Counted from the stretch's first letter, positions 1 to 12,094 are shown. The stretch: 64,000 nucleotides of DNA from an uncultured virus (IMG/VR IMGVR_UViG_3300013383_000030) (IMGVR_UViG_3300013383_000030); one strand, 5' to 3'. Numbers and translations are program-made. The notes: generated from the sequence alone by a model not told the origin.

Positions 1-1416
1 CAGGACATAAACGACATCGACAAGCTGAATCTGGTTTACAGCAAACTCGACCACAAGCATAAGGCTGAAGACATAACCGATCTTGGAACAAAAGTCAAAG
101 ATATTACAAACAAAGACACAAATTTGTCTAAAAGTGGACACAAGCACAAGACGTCAGACATAACGGATTTCAAAACAGAAGTCGACAATATCTCCAAGAA
201 ATACGATGGTGAAGGGAAATACGTAAAACAAGCAAAATATCTATCCTAGACGAATGACAACACAGTAGGCTATGTTTATGTGAACCAGAATGGAACAGAC
301 AAGAAACTTTCTTTGACAAATATTGTATACACACCACCACAAAGCATAAATTCGTTGAATGTATATTTGTCACCATCTGGAAACGATACAGATGCCGCAA
401 ATTATATAACAACAGGTGGAACAAATGGAGATGCGGTTCGGAAACAACATCCATACAAGACATTAACTACTGCAATTCGGGACATGTCAAAAATCAGATC
501 CGACAGATCTGGATTTGTGTTTCGTCTGAACGTCGCGGCTGGAACGTATGTACTTCCAACCTCTGGATGTACTATTGCACATCCAGATTGTTCGCAGCCT
601 TCTGGGAATTATTTTGAGATTGTTGGACCATCCGGAACCACAAACACTGCAGTGATAGATGTGAAGAATGTAGTGTGTCCTGGTGGCACGGTGGAAAGCC
701 ATGTCAAATACACCGGTAAAAGTTGCGTTAACGTTCTCTGCAACACGAGGTTCTACAATATAAAAATAACAAATTCACTTTGTGGAAGTGTTCCATATTC
801 AAACCCAAAGTCCACCGGATGGGAATGGTTAGACAATACAAATGTAAGTGCCATTGGTGTTTCTAATGTCACTGTTTATCTGGTCAACGTAATGATTGAG
901 AATGTGTCAAGAATATATGCAGAAACAAATGCAACCGTCTTTGTGAATTCATTGACCTGCAAGAACATGAGTCGTGGCATTCATGGTAGCATGAATGCAA
1001 ATATATATTTGTATAAGGTGAGGTATGAAGGGGTATATCGAGGAATACACACCAATCTCGGTTCAAACCTTACGTTGTGGCTTGGGGTCAATCGTAGTGT
1101 TGACATAAGCGGTTATGTTACATACAAGTGGCTAACAATTTCAGAGAATGGGTCTGTTACATGCTCATACGCACTTGGTGGATCATATCCAACAAGAGAA
1201 TCTGTGCTGAAAGACAAGAACAGATTCATTTTCGACATTCACCTACAGGATCGTGAATTGGATGGAAAAAACGAACTCGCATATAGTATTGGCACGAAAA
1301 CTCAGACAATGAAAATAAATGGAACCTAGAGTACAGTTATACTAGATGATGGAGCAGTTTATGGAATTACAAGGGAATTGTTTGACAAGTACTTCGTCAT
1401 AACCGACGAGTCTTGA
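1..1416 (+). CDS. Tail fibre-like protein, 5'-partial, code 15 (TAG at 247 and 1327 read through)
   Basis: Frame 1 is open from base 1 with HKH..DITD repeats typical of fibres, followed by a beta-helix-like region. With TAG=Gln it ends at TGA 1414-1416, abutting the convergent gene at 1417. Confidence 0.6.
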
Positions 1417-1983
1417 TCATGGATTCTGATCAAGAGATTTGATGATATCCTCTTGAGAATATGCAGACGAACTTCCACTCATGTCAATAGTCTGGGAAAC
1501 CTGTTTTGATTCAAGTTTTTTCATGTCAAGTTCATGTTTGTACTTGATTTTCTCTATATCATGAGAATGTTTTATCTGTTCTAAACGAATTTTGTCGTAG
1601 AATGCAAGTCTGTCCTTGTAGAGGTTGATGTATTCTGCGACTGTAAGATGCGTCGCCTCAAGAAGCTTCGAGAGAGCCTGGAGAGCTTCCGGATCGACAA
1701 GTTCGGTTGACACAATCTGTTCATATGTGTGCCTTATTGTGTCCTTTGAGATGTTGATGAGATCGCGTATCTCCTTTAGACTCGATTGTATGTCGGCAAC
1801 ATTTACACACTGTACACCGTTCTCCTTGTACTCCTGAATCTAGGTGTCAATCTTGTCGGTGTTTTCCCTGACCTGTTCATCGATGTTGTCCAGTTGTGTG
1901 ATGTCGTCCTTCACGTCGAGATCCGAAAGAAATCCCTCGATACTGTCTATTCCAAGTGCTTCGTTGATTTTTTTTGTGCTCAT
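1417..1983 (-). CDS. Hypothetical helical protein, possibly a T4 gp16-like small terminase; one internal TAG
   Basis: ATG at 1983, 3 nt after the stop of the upstream gene; 188 aa with TAG=Gln. The segment IRDLINISKDTI...DPEALQALSKLL loosely resembles gp16. Confidence 0.4.
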
Positions 1984-1986
1984 TTC

Positions 1987-2859
1987 TCAAAACTCCGTGA
2001 ATCCGTCGTAGTCGTTTCCTTCGAACTGGTTGCCGAGGCTCTTCCGCATGCTGGAACCCGGGAGATCAGCCTCGAGGTTGATCATAGCCCTCTTCGTCAT
2101 CGCCCTCTTGATGTTCACCTGCTAGTAGTGCTTCGCGAGTATCGACTTGAAGGAGTTGAAGCAAGCTTGTGATATGTAGGCAAAGACATTGGTGAAGCGA
2201 AAAGAGAAGTTGAAGAGACCCCTTATTATCTTCTCGTACGAGTATGATTGGCAGTCCTGCTTCAACTCGAGTGGGTAGTTCCTGAAGTACGAGTGGTTCG
2301 AGATTTTCTGTGCTATTTGCATAATCATCATCCCGAATCTTTCACTTATCATCCTTCCGTTTACAGGATCCAGGGGTTCGTCGATGTCGAAGCACCACCC
2401 ATCGTTCCTGACTATGTGTGTAACATCTTCGACAATCCCCCTCTTGTCGTCCTTTATGATAATTGGGCGTTCCACATTTTTCACATTTGCCGCGTCATCC
2501 TTTCCGGTCTTTTTGATCTTTTCCTCTTGTTTGCGTATCCGTTCCTGCCACTCACTGAAACGGTTGTGTGTCTTCGGATATCTGACGTAGTATTTGACTC
2601 CTTCAACGTACTTCTCGTGGAGCTATATGGTGTCTGGATATATTCTTGTTCTTATGAGACTTCCCCTTTTGGTCATTTTCATGATTGGAAGACCGTTTGT
2701 TGACGAGTTTCTCCACTTGAACATCTCCTCGAGAAGGTTCTTGTTCGTGCAGTAGAACCTGGGATCCTTCGACTGCTCGATGACTTCCTGTGGTATTGTG
2801 AATTCGGGACAGTTCTTCTATTTGCCCTTTTGTTTTCTGTTGTTTTCGTCCTGGAACAT
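1987..2859 (-). CDS. T4 gp55-like late-transcription sigma factor, code 15 (3 internal TAG)
   Basis: N-terminal FYCTNKNLLEEMFKW and core ISERFGMMIMQIAQKISNHSYFRNY...NVFAYISQACFNSF match gp55 motifs. The two parts join only by reading TAG at 2818, 2623 and 2122 as sense. Confidence 0.75.
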
Positions 2860-2930
2860 AATTTGTGAAACGGTATAATACTCTTTTAGAGTATTCTACT
2901 GTTCTATGTACAGTTAATGGCACAAAAACC

Positions 2931-2937
2931 GTAAATA
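2931..2937 (+). promoter_or_regulatory. Putative late-promoter motif GTAAATA (also 8665+, 16111-, 17691-, 19191-, 23570-, 25820-, 26733-, 45505-, 46155-, 47816+, 48482+, 48511+, 54858+)
   Basis: Recurs a short distance upstream of structural, packaging and TAG-containing genes; resembles T4 late TATAAATA; a gp55-like gene is present. Confidence 0.65.
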
Positions 2938-2964
2938 TTCTTTGAAAATTATTTGGAAAACGTC

Positions 2965-4245
2965 ATGAAAACGCTAGATCTTAGGAAAATTATCGACGAG
3001 TCTCTTGAAAATATGGTCTGTGAGAGCGGAAACGATAGACCGAGACATCTTTACGAGGACTACAAGATGACATTCAATGAAATGAGGGGTATTTTTAAGG
3101 ATATATTCTCGGGGAAGACGAAGCTGACGGAGAAATGCGACGGTGCACACATCGAGGTGACTTACAGGGACGGCGGATTCCGTTTCGCGAAGAACAGGAG
3201 GCAGCTGAAGGATCCGCTGAAGCTCGAGAAGCTCGGCTCGTATTTCGATGGTAACCCGAAGGTGAAGGAGGCTTACGTCAACTCCGCGAACGACCTCGTG
3301 AAGGCACTGAACTCAATAGAGGCGACTGACCTCGAACGGCTTTTCCAAAACGGGAGGAAGTACGCCTCCTTCGATATCGTATACCCTCCGTGCAGGAACG
3401 TCCTCGACTACGGGAACAGGTGCTTCCTCCAGCTGAACGGCGTGAAGGAGTACGGCGATGGCTGTGAAATCGTATCTGAGGATGAGGGTTCGTCGAAGTG
3501 GCTCTACGAGACGCTGAAGAACCACAAGGCTCTGAAACAGGAGATGTTCGAGATATCCGAACCAAACCTTCTCAGGATGCGCGACAGCGTGAGCGCAGAA
3601 AAGGCTCTAAAGGAGCTTATGGAGGACTTCGACCGCGTGATTGACGGATACTCCACGAAATGCACCATTTAGGACTACGCGAACGAGCGTCTCCGCAGGT
3701 GCATAATCAACGTCTGCAACCACAACGGCATAGAGGTTGACCGAGACTGCCAGTTCGTGAAAGAACTCGCTGACAGAATAGGAAACTTCTCCGGAAGGCG
3801 TCCGACGAAAAGCGACATATGCACTTTCGCAAAGCGTTGTGGCATTGACGTTCGCTCCGACAGCTACAGGAGGCTCATGGAGACACTCGACAGCCAACGG
3901 GACGCGATAAACGAGGAGGTCATGTGTCCGGTTGAGAACCTTGTCATGAAGGCCGGGACGCTTCTCTTCAGGAATCTAACTGGATTCATGAGCGCGGATC
4001 CCCAGAAGACCTCTCAGAAGCTCGCCACGGAGCTTGAGCACGCGATTTACGAGGTTGAGAAGGACAATTCGAGGCTCACGACCGACAAGCTGAAGATCTT
4101 CCGCCGTCACGTCAAGAAAATCGGGGACTGGAAGGAGAAGTGCTTCCCGACAGAGGGAATAGTTTTCCGCCACGGTCCGAAGGTCTACAGGATAACGGGG
4201 GGCTTCGGCTCAATTGGGCAGATTCTCAACATCCTGAAGCACTAA
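2965..4245 (+). CDS. Jumbo-phage protein with ligase/nucleotidyltransferase-like motifs (EKCDG...EGIVF...RITG); one internal TAG at 3670
   Basis: ORFs 2953-3672 and 3757-4245 are in frame across a single TAG. The KxDG and EGxV motifs lie on opposite sides of it. Confidence 0.55.
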
Positions 4246-4256
4246 GAGGGAGCAAA

Positions 4257-6788
4257 ATGCTTGAGGAATCTCTTGGTGAGGGTCTGAAGCTGGCGAAACA
4301 GGCTTCCGAGCAGTTTGAGAAGGATACCGTCGACGGGATAAGGAAGTTCCTTGACGGTTAGGTCGGCGATTATGGGAAACTTGAGGTCGAGCACTACGAG
4401 GGAAGCGACCGGAAGTACCATTCGGACATACGAATCCTGAACCCGGCAACCGGCAAGGAGGTCTGGATTGAGGCCAAGAAGAACAAGTACGCAAACCTCG
4501 GCTCTGTCAGTTTTAAGTTTACGGACTGCGGGTGGAGGTGTACGACACTTGACAATGACGATCCGCTCACCTCGATGTTTCTTGACGCGCTGAAGGACAA
4601 CTCGAAGGATTTCATCGCGTTCTGCAGGAAGTTTCTCGGCAAGTACGACATTTCACTCCCGAAAGAGCTGACGAAGGAGCTGGTTGACGCATGGAGGGCT
4701 TCGGGTGGGGTCGATGACACGGACAACGACACGCAGTTCATCACAAACAAGATTCCGCTCGAGCAGTTTGGATTCAAGATAGCGGAGTTCTACAAGTTCT
4801 CGAAGAACGAGCAGGTCTATTACATCCAGGTGGGAGACAACCTCTACATAATCGACCCAAACTACAACCCCCTGAACCTCGCATGCAGGAACGGGGAGCC
4901 TCTGAAACCACTTTCCGAGGTCTACAGGAGGGGAAGGATACAGTTCCGCATGAAGGGGCAGGAGAAGGCTTCCGGTGGGACCGTAAAGCACTACTATTCG
5001 ATTTTTTGCGACGTCAAGATATTGGCAGACAAGGACAACATGAACGAAAACTACAAATGCTCATTCCTACAACCAGAGAAATATCCAGTTGTTGAAAATG
5101 GAGAGAACATATCAGCAATGGCGGAAATCCTCGAGGCAATTGATAGGATCATGTCTGAGAACCTTACGATTCCGGAGAATCCGGACGACAAGGTGGAGAA
5201 GGAACTCAGGAGGAAGCTTGACAAGAACTACGACCACGCGGACAGGATAATCAGGTGGTACAGGGCTGACAAGAAGGCTGGAACCGACGAAAAGGAACTT
5301 AAGCGGATGTATGTCAGTAACCTTGACAATATAAAAGACCTTCTGAAGACATACGACGAGTATATTGGAAAGCTGAAAAAGCTCAAGATGCATTCAAAGC
5401 CGGTAGAGATAGAGACAGACAAAGGAAGGAAAATCCAGTTTGATCCAGTGAAGGATTTCGACAAGATAAGGAGACTTTCGGGTGCGAGGAAGCTTATATC
5501 TGCGCTTGGTAACATTGCACATTCAGATGCGACAATCGACGTCGATGACCAGAAGTACGCGATAACTGACAAGGACAGGAAAAACATAAAGATCGTCGCG
5601 TTCACGGAACACGTCGTCTGCTGGCAGACACAGGGATACGAAACGACGAACAAGCTCGTATATCAGCTCTGGAGAAACCCAAACACAATTGGACGTGGCG
5701 ACGTATATGGGGATCCGGACGAGCAGACTCCGTACTGCACACATTCAAGGAACCATTGGGATGAGTATGCCGAAGAGTATGGGGACGACTATAAGCAATT
5801 CTGGTATCTTATAAGAATGGATAATGGAAATGTTGCAAAAATGTCGGCTCTAAACAAGATGTCGTCCGAAAAATATACAAACGAAAGAAAAAATCCTGAC
5901 ATCGTAAATCGGGAAATGGAGTTGAAGAAGAGCGCGAAGTACATTATTGGCGATTTGACGAACCCCGAAGTTTCGAGAACCTTCAACCTCATGTCGTATT
6001 CCGGTCCCTATACAATCATCGCCATGAATGATTCGGGCAATGACTTTCTTGACAAATATGACAATGAGTTCTATAGTTTTTCACATCTTCAGTATGGAGA
6101 TGAAGTCAAGAAAATCGACGATCTGCTTGATGACGAAGCGAGCAAGTCTGCAGAACAGTATGTACTGGACGAGTTTGTCGATGCACACGGAACGGTGTTT
6201 ATCGATGATGATTTCATTTCCAATATGGATAAAAATGGTTTCACTGGCATCATGTGCAGATTTCCGAAAGCGGTTAAGGAGATTGTTCCAGCCTCAAACG
6301 ACTCAGCCAAGATATTTAGAAGAATGACGAAACTGAGGGTGCTTCCACCTGTGAATTTGAGAGAGTGCACCAAAGCAGATCGTATGTTTCAAGGGCTTGA
6401 GAATCTCGAGGAAACACCGTAGTTCACGGAGACCGAAAATATCGGTAGCGCAACATTCATGTTCTGTGATTGCGACAATCTTCGCACAGTGAATGACCTT
6501 GAATTTAAGAACTGCTTAGACCTTCGCGGCATGTTCCATAATTGCCAAAGTCTTGAGGCTGTTGGAAGAATAGTTGCTCCACGGGCGACGTCCATTAGGG
6601 AAATGTTCTATGGATGTGGAAGTTTATGGCATGTTGATGACATTGTCGTGTCCCCTAGATTGACTGTCGTTGGGTTTGGCGGTATTAATGCCAGAGTCGA
6701 TGACCACACAGAGGAACTATTTGACAGAATAATCGAGAAAGCGAAAAATGAGAGATATGAACGAGCCAAGCAAGAGGGAGTTCACTGA
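4257..6788 (+). CDS. Multidomain protein of 843 aa: N-terminal PD-(D/E)XK nuclease-like domain, C-terminal BspA/DUF285-like leucine-rich repeats; 2 internal TAG
   Basis: Continuous frame with TAG at 4359 and 6420 read through. Motifs SDIRI...VWIEAKK and repeated MF..C.NL / MFHNCQSL / MFYGCGSL. Confidence 0.55.
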
Positions 6789-8109
6789 GACCTCAACCGA
6801 GGAAGCTCACCCCTTCAGGGGTGGGAGGAATCGGTTGGAATTTTGCAACTAATGTTGTTCGCTAAAAGCGAACTTGGTACAATACTTGACGAAATGCTGA
6901 CGTACAAGACAAAGCTGGTGTTCGAGAACCAGGAAGTCTTCGACTTCTGGGTCTCGCAGATGCGCCTCGTGCGCGAGGCGTACAACCTCGTCTCGGAGGT
7001 CGCGTTCGCCGAGCGGCTCCCGCTGCAGCTCAAGGCGTTCCACCACCGGATGTACCGCATGGAGCGCGAGAGGTTCCCGGGGCTTCCGGCACAGATGTGC
7101 GTCAAGGTCTACAAGCAGGTTCTCGCCAACTACAGGACCACGAAGGCGAACGGGCACACGCCGGAGAAGCCGCTCGTGATGCGGAATCCTGCCGTCCGGC
7201 TCGACAAGCGGCTGTACTCTGGCATGACGCGGACGTCCGTCCGGCTTGCGAGCGGGAACGGGAGCAGGCGGGGGGTCGCAAGGTTCCTGACCTACCCGAA
7301 GTTCGACAAGCTCGCCTCCCGGTACCGGATGTGCGACCCCGTGCTGAAGTTCGACGAGCATCGTGGAGAGTTCTACGCCTGCATACCGTTCCTTGTCCCG
7401 GACACGACGCCGTGCGACGGGGACGCCCTCGGCGTCGACCTCGGGCTGAGGCGTCTCGCGACGCTCTCGGACGGGACCGCCATCGTCGACAGGGAGTACC
7501 TCGCCCGGGGGCGTAGGATTCGCCACAACAAGAGGGTGCTGCAGCGGCACAGGAAGGGGTCGCACTCTGCGAGGCGGAAGCTCGCGAAGCTCCGCCGCAA
7601 AGAGCGGAACGCCTCCCGCGACACGTGCCACCACGTGGCAAACGCCATCCTCTCGCGTCCCGCGTCGGTCATCGTCATGGAGGACCTCTCCGGCATCAAG
7701 CGCGACACGGCGCGGACGCCCGACGGACGCCTCCGCGGGAGGCACAACAACGCCCTCTCCCAGATCCCCTTCTATACTTTGAAGTCAATCCTCTCCCACA
7801 AGGCACCACTGCGCGGCAGGCGCGTGGAAACGGTTTCGCCGGAGTTCACGTCACAGATGGACTGCAGGACTGGCAGCCGCTACGGCTGCGTCCGCAGGGG
7901 ACGCAGGTTCCTGGCGGCTGACGGGCGCGTCTTCGACGCGGACTGGAACGCCGCGTACAACATCAGGAACAGGTATGCAAAACGCCCAGCCTCGTTCAGC
8001 CTCCCGTTAGACGGTCGGCTGAACCTGGTTGGCAGGCGTCGTCAGGACGCCAATGGTGGGGTGGCTCGTCCGCCCTGCAAGCTCACGGCTTCAGCTGTGG
8101 GTATCTGAC
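6786..8109 (+). mobile_element. IS200/IS605-family (IS1341-type, tnpB-only) element, GC-rich
   Basis: Left-end hairpin ctcacccc-ttca-ggggtggg inside caaccga...tcggttg; right-end hairpin ctcacggc-ttca-gctgtggg ending in TGAC. Inserted after TCAC. Visibly more GC-rich than its flanks. Confidence 0.85.
6894..8108 (+). CDS. tnpB: TnpB RNA-guided endonuclease
   Basis: RuvC motifs GVDLG, VMEDL and DADWNAA are intact; zinc finger is degenerate (TSQMDCRTG); no internal TAG. Confidence 0.9.
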   Translation: MLTYKTKLVFENQEVFDFWVSQMRLVREAYNLVSEVAFAERLPLQLKAFHHRMYRMERERFPGLPAQMCVKVYKQVLANYRTTKANGHTPEKPLVMRNPAVRLDKRLYSGMTRTSVRLASGNGSRRGVARFLTYPKFDKLASRYRMCDPVLKFDEHRGEFYACIPFLVPDTTPCDGDALGVDLGLRRLATLSDGTAIVDREYLARGRRIRHNKRVLQRHRKGSHSARRKLAKLRRKERNASRDTCHHVANAILSRPASVIVMEDLSGIKRDTARTPDGRLRGRHNNALSQIPFYTLKSILSHKAPLRGRRVETVSPEFTSQMDCRTGSRYGCVRRGRRFLAADGRVFDADWNAAYNIRNRYAKRPASFSLPLDGRLNLVGRRRQDANGGVARPPCKLTASAVGI

Positions 8110-8149
8110 GGAAGTAAAACTCCCAATAAAATATAAAAACTTTAGTCAA

Positions 8150-8560
8150 TTAAATAAAACTGTATTTAAACAATAGTTTTTGACTATAGAATTTACTGAA
8201 AACTGCGTTATGGACATAATCCTGAAGCAGAAACCGATATTTCACTTTCGATTTTTTGATTTCCTGAAAAGCTGATTTCCAAGTGTCAAATCCAGATAGT
8301 GTTTGCTTCCATAGCTCATCTATTCTTTCATCTTTGATATTTGGATAAAACCAACTTTTCTCAAATTTTCTGTATCCTCTTCTTGCTATTTCAATACTAG
8401 CTGCTACCATATCTGGAGTGTTTTCATTCCCATACATGATGTTTCCAATGAATGAGCTATAGCAAGGATTGACTTCAACTAAACTGAAATTACATAAAAG
8501 ACTTAAACTTTTCAATTTATTGACAAACAAATTTCTATTCCATACATTATTGCATAATAG
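8150..8560 (-). pseudogene. tnpB: 3' fragment of an IS607 tnpB
   Basis: Near-identical to the last ~400 nt of tnpB 48523-49821 (NKLKSLSLLCNFSLVEVNPCYSSFIGN...). Confidence 0.85.
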
Positions 8561-8613
8561 GGAGGTACGGGGGGCTGAACATTGAGGTGGAAGTTCTGAA
8601 TCTTACCCAACAC

Positions 8614-8664
8614 GTGAACTTCATGTCAAGCTGAAGACCTGGCATCTTTCTCGTCATTTTTTCT
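8614..8664 (-). repeat. ~50-bp IS605-end mini-element, class A (guide AAAG, target TTAC). Other copies: 11150-11200, 16118-16135 (remnant), 17698-17747, 18299-18349, 19198-19247, 25827-25877, 26740-26793 (left end only), 60628-60678
   Basis: Consensus TTAC|awaaaawttgacgagAAAGatgccatgtcttcagcatggcatagagtTCAC. The 3' half matches the tnpB right end at 58262-58302. Confidence 0.9.
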
Positions 8665-8690
8665 GTAAATATAATTTAGAGGGTTTTCAT

Positions 8691-11093
8691 ATGGAATCAA
8701 ATGAGAAAGAGACTTATGCCGATAAAACAAAAAGAAGAAAGAAATTTCTCAGGCTTTTTGGTGGACGGTTTGCTATAGTGAACCAAGAGCATAAGTTCAT
8801 TCGTCGGGTCAGGAGGGGGAGGAAGACAGTTGCATATACATGGACGGACGATGTTTCAGAGACTATTCCATTTAAGACAAACGACATGGCTAACGGCTTC
8901 ATAACTATGTTTGGCAATCTTCCACTCTTTGGCAACAAGAACGGAACGGTTCTTTAGTCTGAACATGTTCGCATTGTCAAGATATACAGGGATCCTGAAT
9001 TAAACGAATCTGGATTTAAGGCCGATTCGTCAATTTTCGAGACTTGTCTGAATGAAATCGACGGTGATATTGGTGGTGACGAGTCTGAAATTGGAGATGA
9101 AATAGAGACCGGAAGGAAAATTTGGATTGACGACATCCGCGAAGCTCCGGAAGGATACATTTGGATAAAAACAGTAAAGGGTTTCATAGACTACTGTGTT
9201 GCGAATGGTCTTGATGAGATAGAATTGATAGACACGGATCACGATGCCGGTGAATATCAGAAGGACGGCGGTGACTACATCCGGTGTTTCGACTACCTTG
9301 ATTACTGTGGAATTCCAGACATCACGGTACATATCCACAGCGCAAATCCTGTTGGTGCGAACAACATACGTAGGATAATATCCAGAAATTCCGAGAACGG
9401 GTGGAAGGAAATACGGAACACGAACGAGGGTGTCCCAACAGACGGCAGGGCGGACGAAGGCACCATTCCACGCGAGGACGTCGAGAGATTCGTTGATGAT
9501 ACTGCGAATGAAATCGTCGGGGTCCTCGGAGAGTCTGGTAATGATGTAGACGTTGCGCAAATCAAGGATGAAATGTATGGGTTCATGTCAAAAGTGAACA
9601 CAAAGGATGAGCTTCGGGATTTCATGCGTGAGTACCAGGCAAAAGTCGACAAGTACTGTTCGGAAAATCCAAATTCTAAGACGTGTGTATTCCTGAGGAA
9701 GACGTGGGAGATGCTGAAGAAGATTGCGAAAGTTGGTGCATTTGTCGCACAGAATCTCCAAACAATCCTTGTTCTTCTTGCTACAGTATATGTCTGCGTA
9801 AAGTTCCATGTCGGACCGATTCGTGCAATCCAACTCGCATTCCAGGCTACGAAAACGATATATTCGGCCGCAAAGACGACGCTTGACACAACGACACGAT
9901 CTGTCGAGATATATAAAGACGTTTAGAACAGATCGGCTGAAATAGGCGACAGGGTTGGTGAGATTATCGGAAAGGGGATCGGGTGGTATGACACACTGAA
10001 GGGAAAAGTGTTCGGTTCATCGGGGAAGTCGAGGAAATACAATGAGACACAAGTTCTCGAAGACACCACCCCACTGGACATAACGGAGTCAATCCACTTC
10101 AACTTCAACGACGATAACATCGCGAAAGCAGATATTAGGATGATAGCCTACAGTGTTCATGTCGATGAGGACGATGACACAAGGGCGTATAATCCAAAGA
10201 ACAATCCCGACAAGGCCATTGACATAATTTTCGACTATCCACAGAACAACCTGAAGATTGAGCTTTTTCTCGATACGGAGAGTGGGGAATGGGATTCGTG
10301 GGTTAACGGAAACACCGGAAAAATCTCCCCGGAACAATATTCTGACTTTTTCCGTACGGCATTCTACAGAAGGCTCAGGGACAAGCTTAAATCGACATGG
10401 GCGAACACAGATCCCGTGTTTGCAAGACTTCTTGGTGCAATAGACAACAAGAAGTACAAAATAGATGGATGGGACAGACCAAGTGTGGACGCCAACAGGG
10501 TCGAAGAGGATTCGAAATTCGGAACCGGGAAGGCGGACATCGAGAAATCAAGGGAGAAAAATGCCGCTGGAAAGCAGATTAGAACCAGGAGTGGGCGGAA
10601 ATATATCAACCCAAGTGATTTCTCCGTGAAGCATGATGACAACGAAAAATACTACTGTTGGCCAGATCAGAGGGGGAAGGGTGTCTACAAGTTCGCCAAT
10701 TGGAGGAACTGGAAGAACATACGCCCCCTGTGCCGAATGAGGTTCGCAATGTCAAACCCGGACCACGTTTACGGGATCTCGATTTCCCCCCTTCCCGACG
10801 CCAATGAGAATCGCGGATTCCGTGCGTATGATCTGACAGCACAGCCTCCGCTCCAGTACCTTACACCAGAAGAGACCGCCATGATAATGGATCTTACAAT
10901 AGTACGGAAATTCCTGAAGAACGCAAGGGAGAGGATTGAGAGGTATCTTAGTGAGCCGGACGAGGAAATTTACAGGAAGATAAACAATCCGTCGAAATGT
11001 ACTCTCGATGATATAAGGCAGACAAAGAAGGCTATTAAGAACGCACTTGATGCGATCAAGAACTTCCGTGCAGATACCTACATTTATACTTGA
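8691..11093 (+). CDS. 800-aa multidomain protein containing a cyclic-phosphate-processing receiver-like domain; 2 internal TAG
   Basis: Three listed ORFs join in frame across TAG 8955 and 9924. Motif KIWIDDIREAPEG...DTDHDAG...IHSANPVG. Confidence 0.6.
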
Positions 11094-11217
11094 AGTTGGC
11101 ATGCCAACTTCAATTCTGGAAAGAGCATACATTTTGGTCAGATAGTTACAATAAAATTGACGAGAAAGATGCCATGTCTTCAGCGTGGCATAGAGTTCAC
11201 ACGGATCGAGAAATCTC

Positions 11218-11246
11218 TTGACTTTTTAGAGTCAAAATGCTATAAT
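11218..11246 (+). promoter_or_regulatory. Sigma70-type early/middle promoter TTGAC-N~17-(TGC)TATAAT. Similar sites near 19318+, 19764+, 29521-, 33089-, 34486-, 35441-, 41000-, 41933-, 44176-, 51765-, 60232-, 60373-
   Basis: ttgact-17 nt-tataat with an extended -10 TG. The same motif precedes most TAG-free genes. Confidence 0.8.
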
Positions 11247-11255
11247 TTCCAATAC

Positions 11256-12071
11256 ATGGAAAATTGTGCATTCGTTGACATATTCACTACACAGAACGAC
11301 CTGTATGGAAGCCATCAGTGCCCGATACAATTCTGTCTTGAGATATTCACCAATTCCGAGATATATGATGATGTGTTTTACAGTCCAAAGAGAAGGGTGA
11401 TGTTGAATTTGATTCCAGACGAGAGAATCATGATGCCAGGATTTGTAACATCTGGCATATCACCCACTTCCGTAAGCAGCTCTGATTACAATGGGTTTGA
11501 ACTGAAGGTTGGACTTGAGAGGATATATCACATTCTGAAGTCGATTTCTGACAAGGGACTATATATAATTGGATACAACCACGTGAATTATGATCTTAGG
11601 ATACTAAATGAGCATTTTGTGAGAATTCTTGGAGATGCACCTATTGTATTCGACAAGAAACTGATGCTTGACGTCATGAGGATGTCCGAGAGGTTGGTTT
11701 CAATAACAGAAACTGGCAGTTATTCGATGGAATCCATGTTCGCGTATCTTTTTGGCGATATTCGGAGGCTTTCGAACATCAGGTTGAACAAAACAACGGC
11801 GGCAGAACTCAGATTGACAAAGATGATGTTCCGTGAAATCGTGAAACGCGTTTTTCAGGAAAAACCGGAATTGCACAGTATTTCGGAATGGACAAATCTT
11901 CCGTTGGATGCTTCCGTCATGAGATTCGGAAAATACAAGGGGTTGCCACTTGAGAAGGTTTTTGAACTTGATCAGAAATATCTCAATTGGATACGGGGAA
12001 ATAAGGACATGAAGTTGTCAAATCCGGAACTTGTTGAAGCTGTAGAACGTATTTTCAGTGAGTCAACTTGA
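11256..12071 (+). CDS. DnaQ/DEDD-like 3'-5' exonuclease with a degenerate ExoI motif and a C-terminal FGKYKG domain
   Basis: VDIFTT in place of DxETT, IGYNHVNYDLRIL, and MRFGKYKG...YLNWI. Confidence 0.55.
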   Translation: MENCAFVDIFTTQNDLYGSHQCPIQFCLEIFTNSEIYDDVFYSPKRRVMLNLIPDERIMMPGFVTSGISPTSVSSSDYNGFELKVGLERIYHILKSISDKGLYIIGYNHVNYDLRILNEHFVRILGDAPIVFDKKLMLDVMRMSERLVSITETGSYSMESMFAYLFGDIRRLSNIRLNKTTAAELRLTKMMFREIVKRVFQEKPELHSISEWTNLPLDASVMRFGKYKGLPLEKVFELDQKYLNWIRGNKDMKLSNPELVEAVERIFSEST

Positions 12072-12094
12072 CATCTACTATAAATTTGCTATAC

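Noticed and set aside
6849..7921. Several long alternative-frame ORFs over tnpB; similar ones over nusA and MoxR
   Set aside because: Shadow ORFs expected in GC-rich coding DNA; no motifs.
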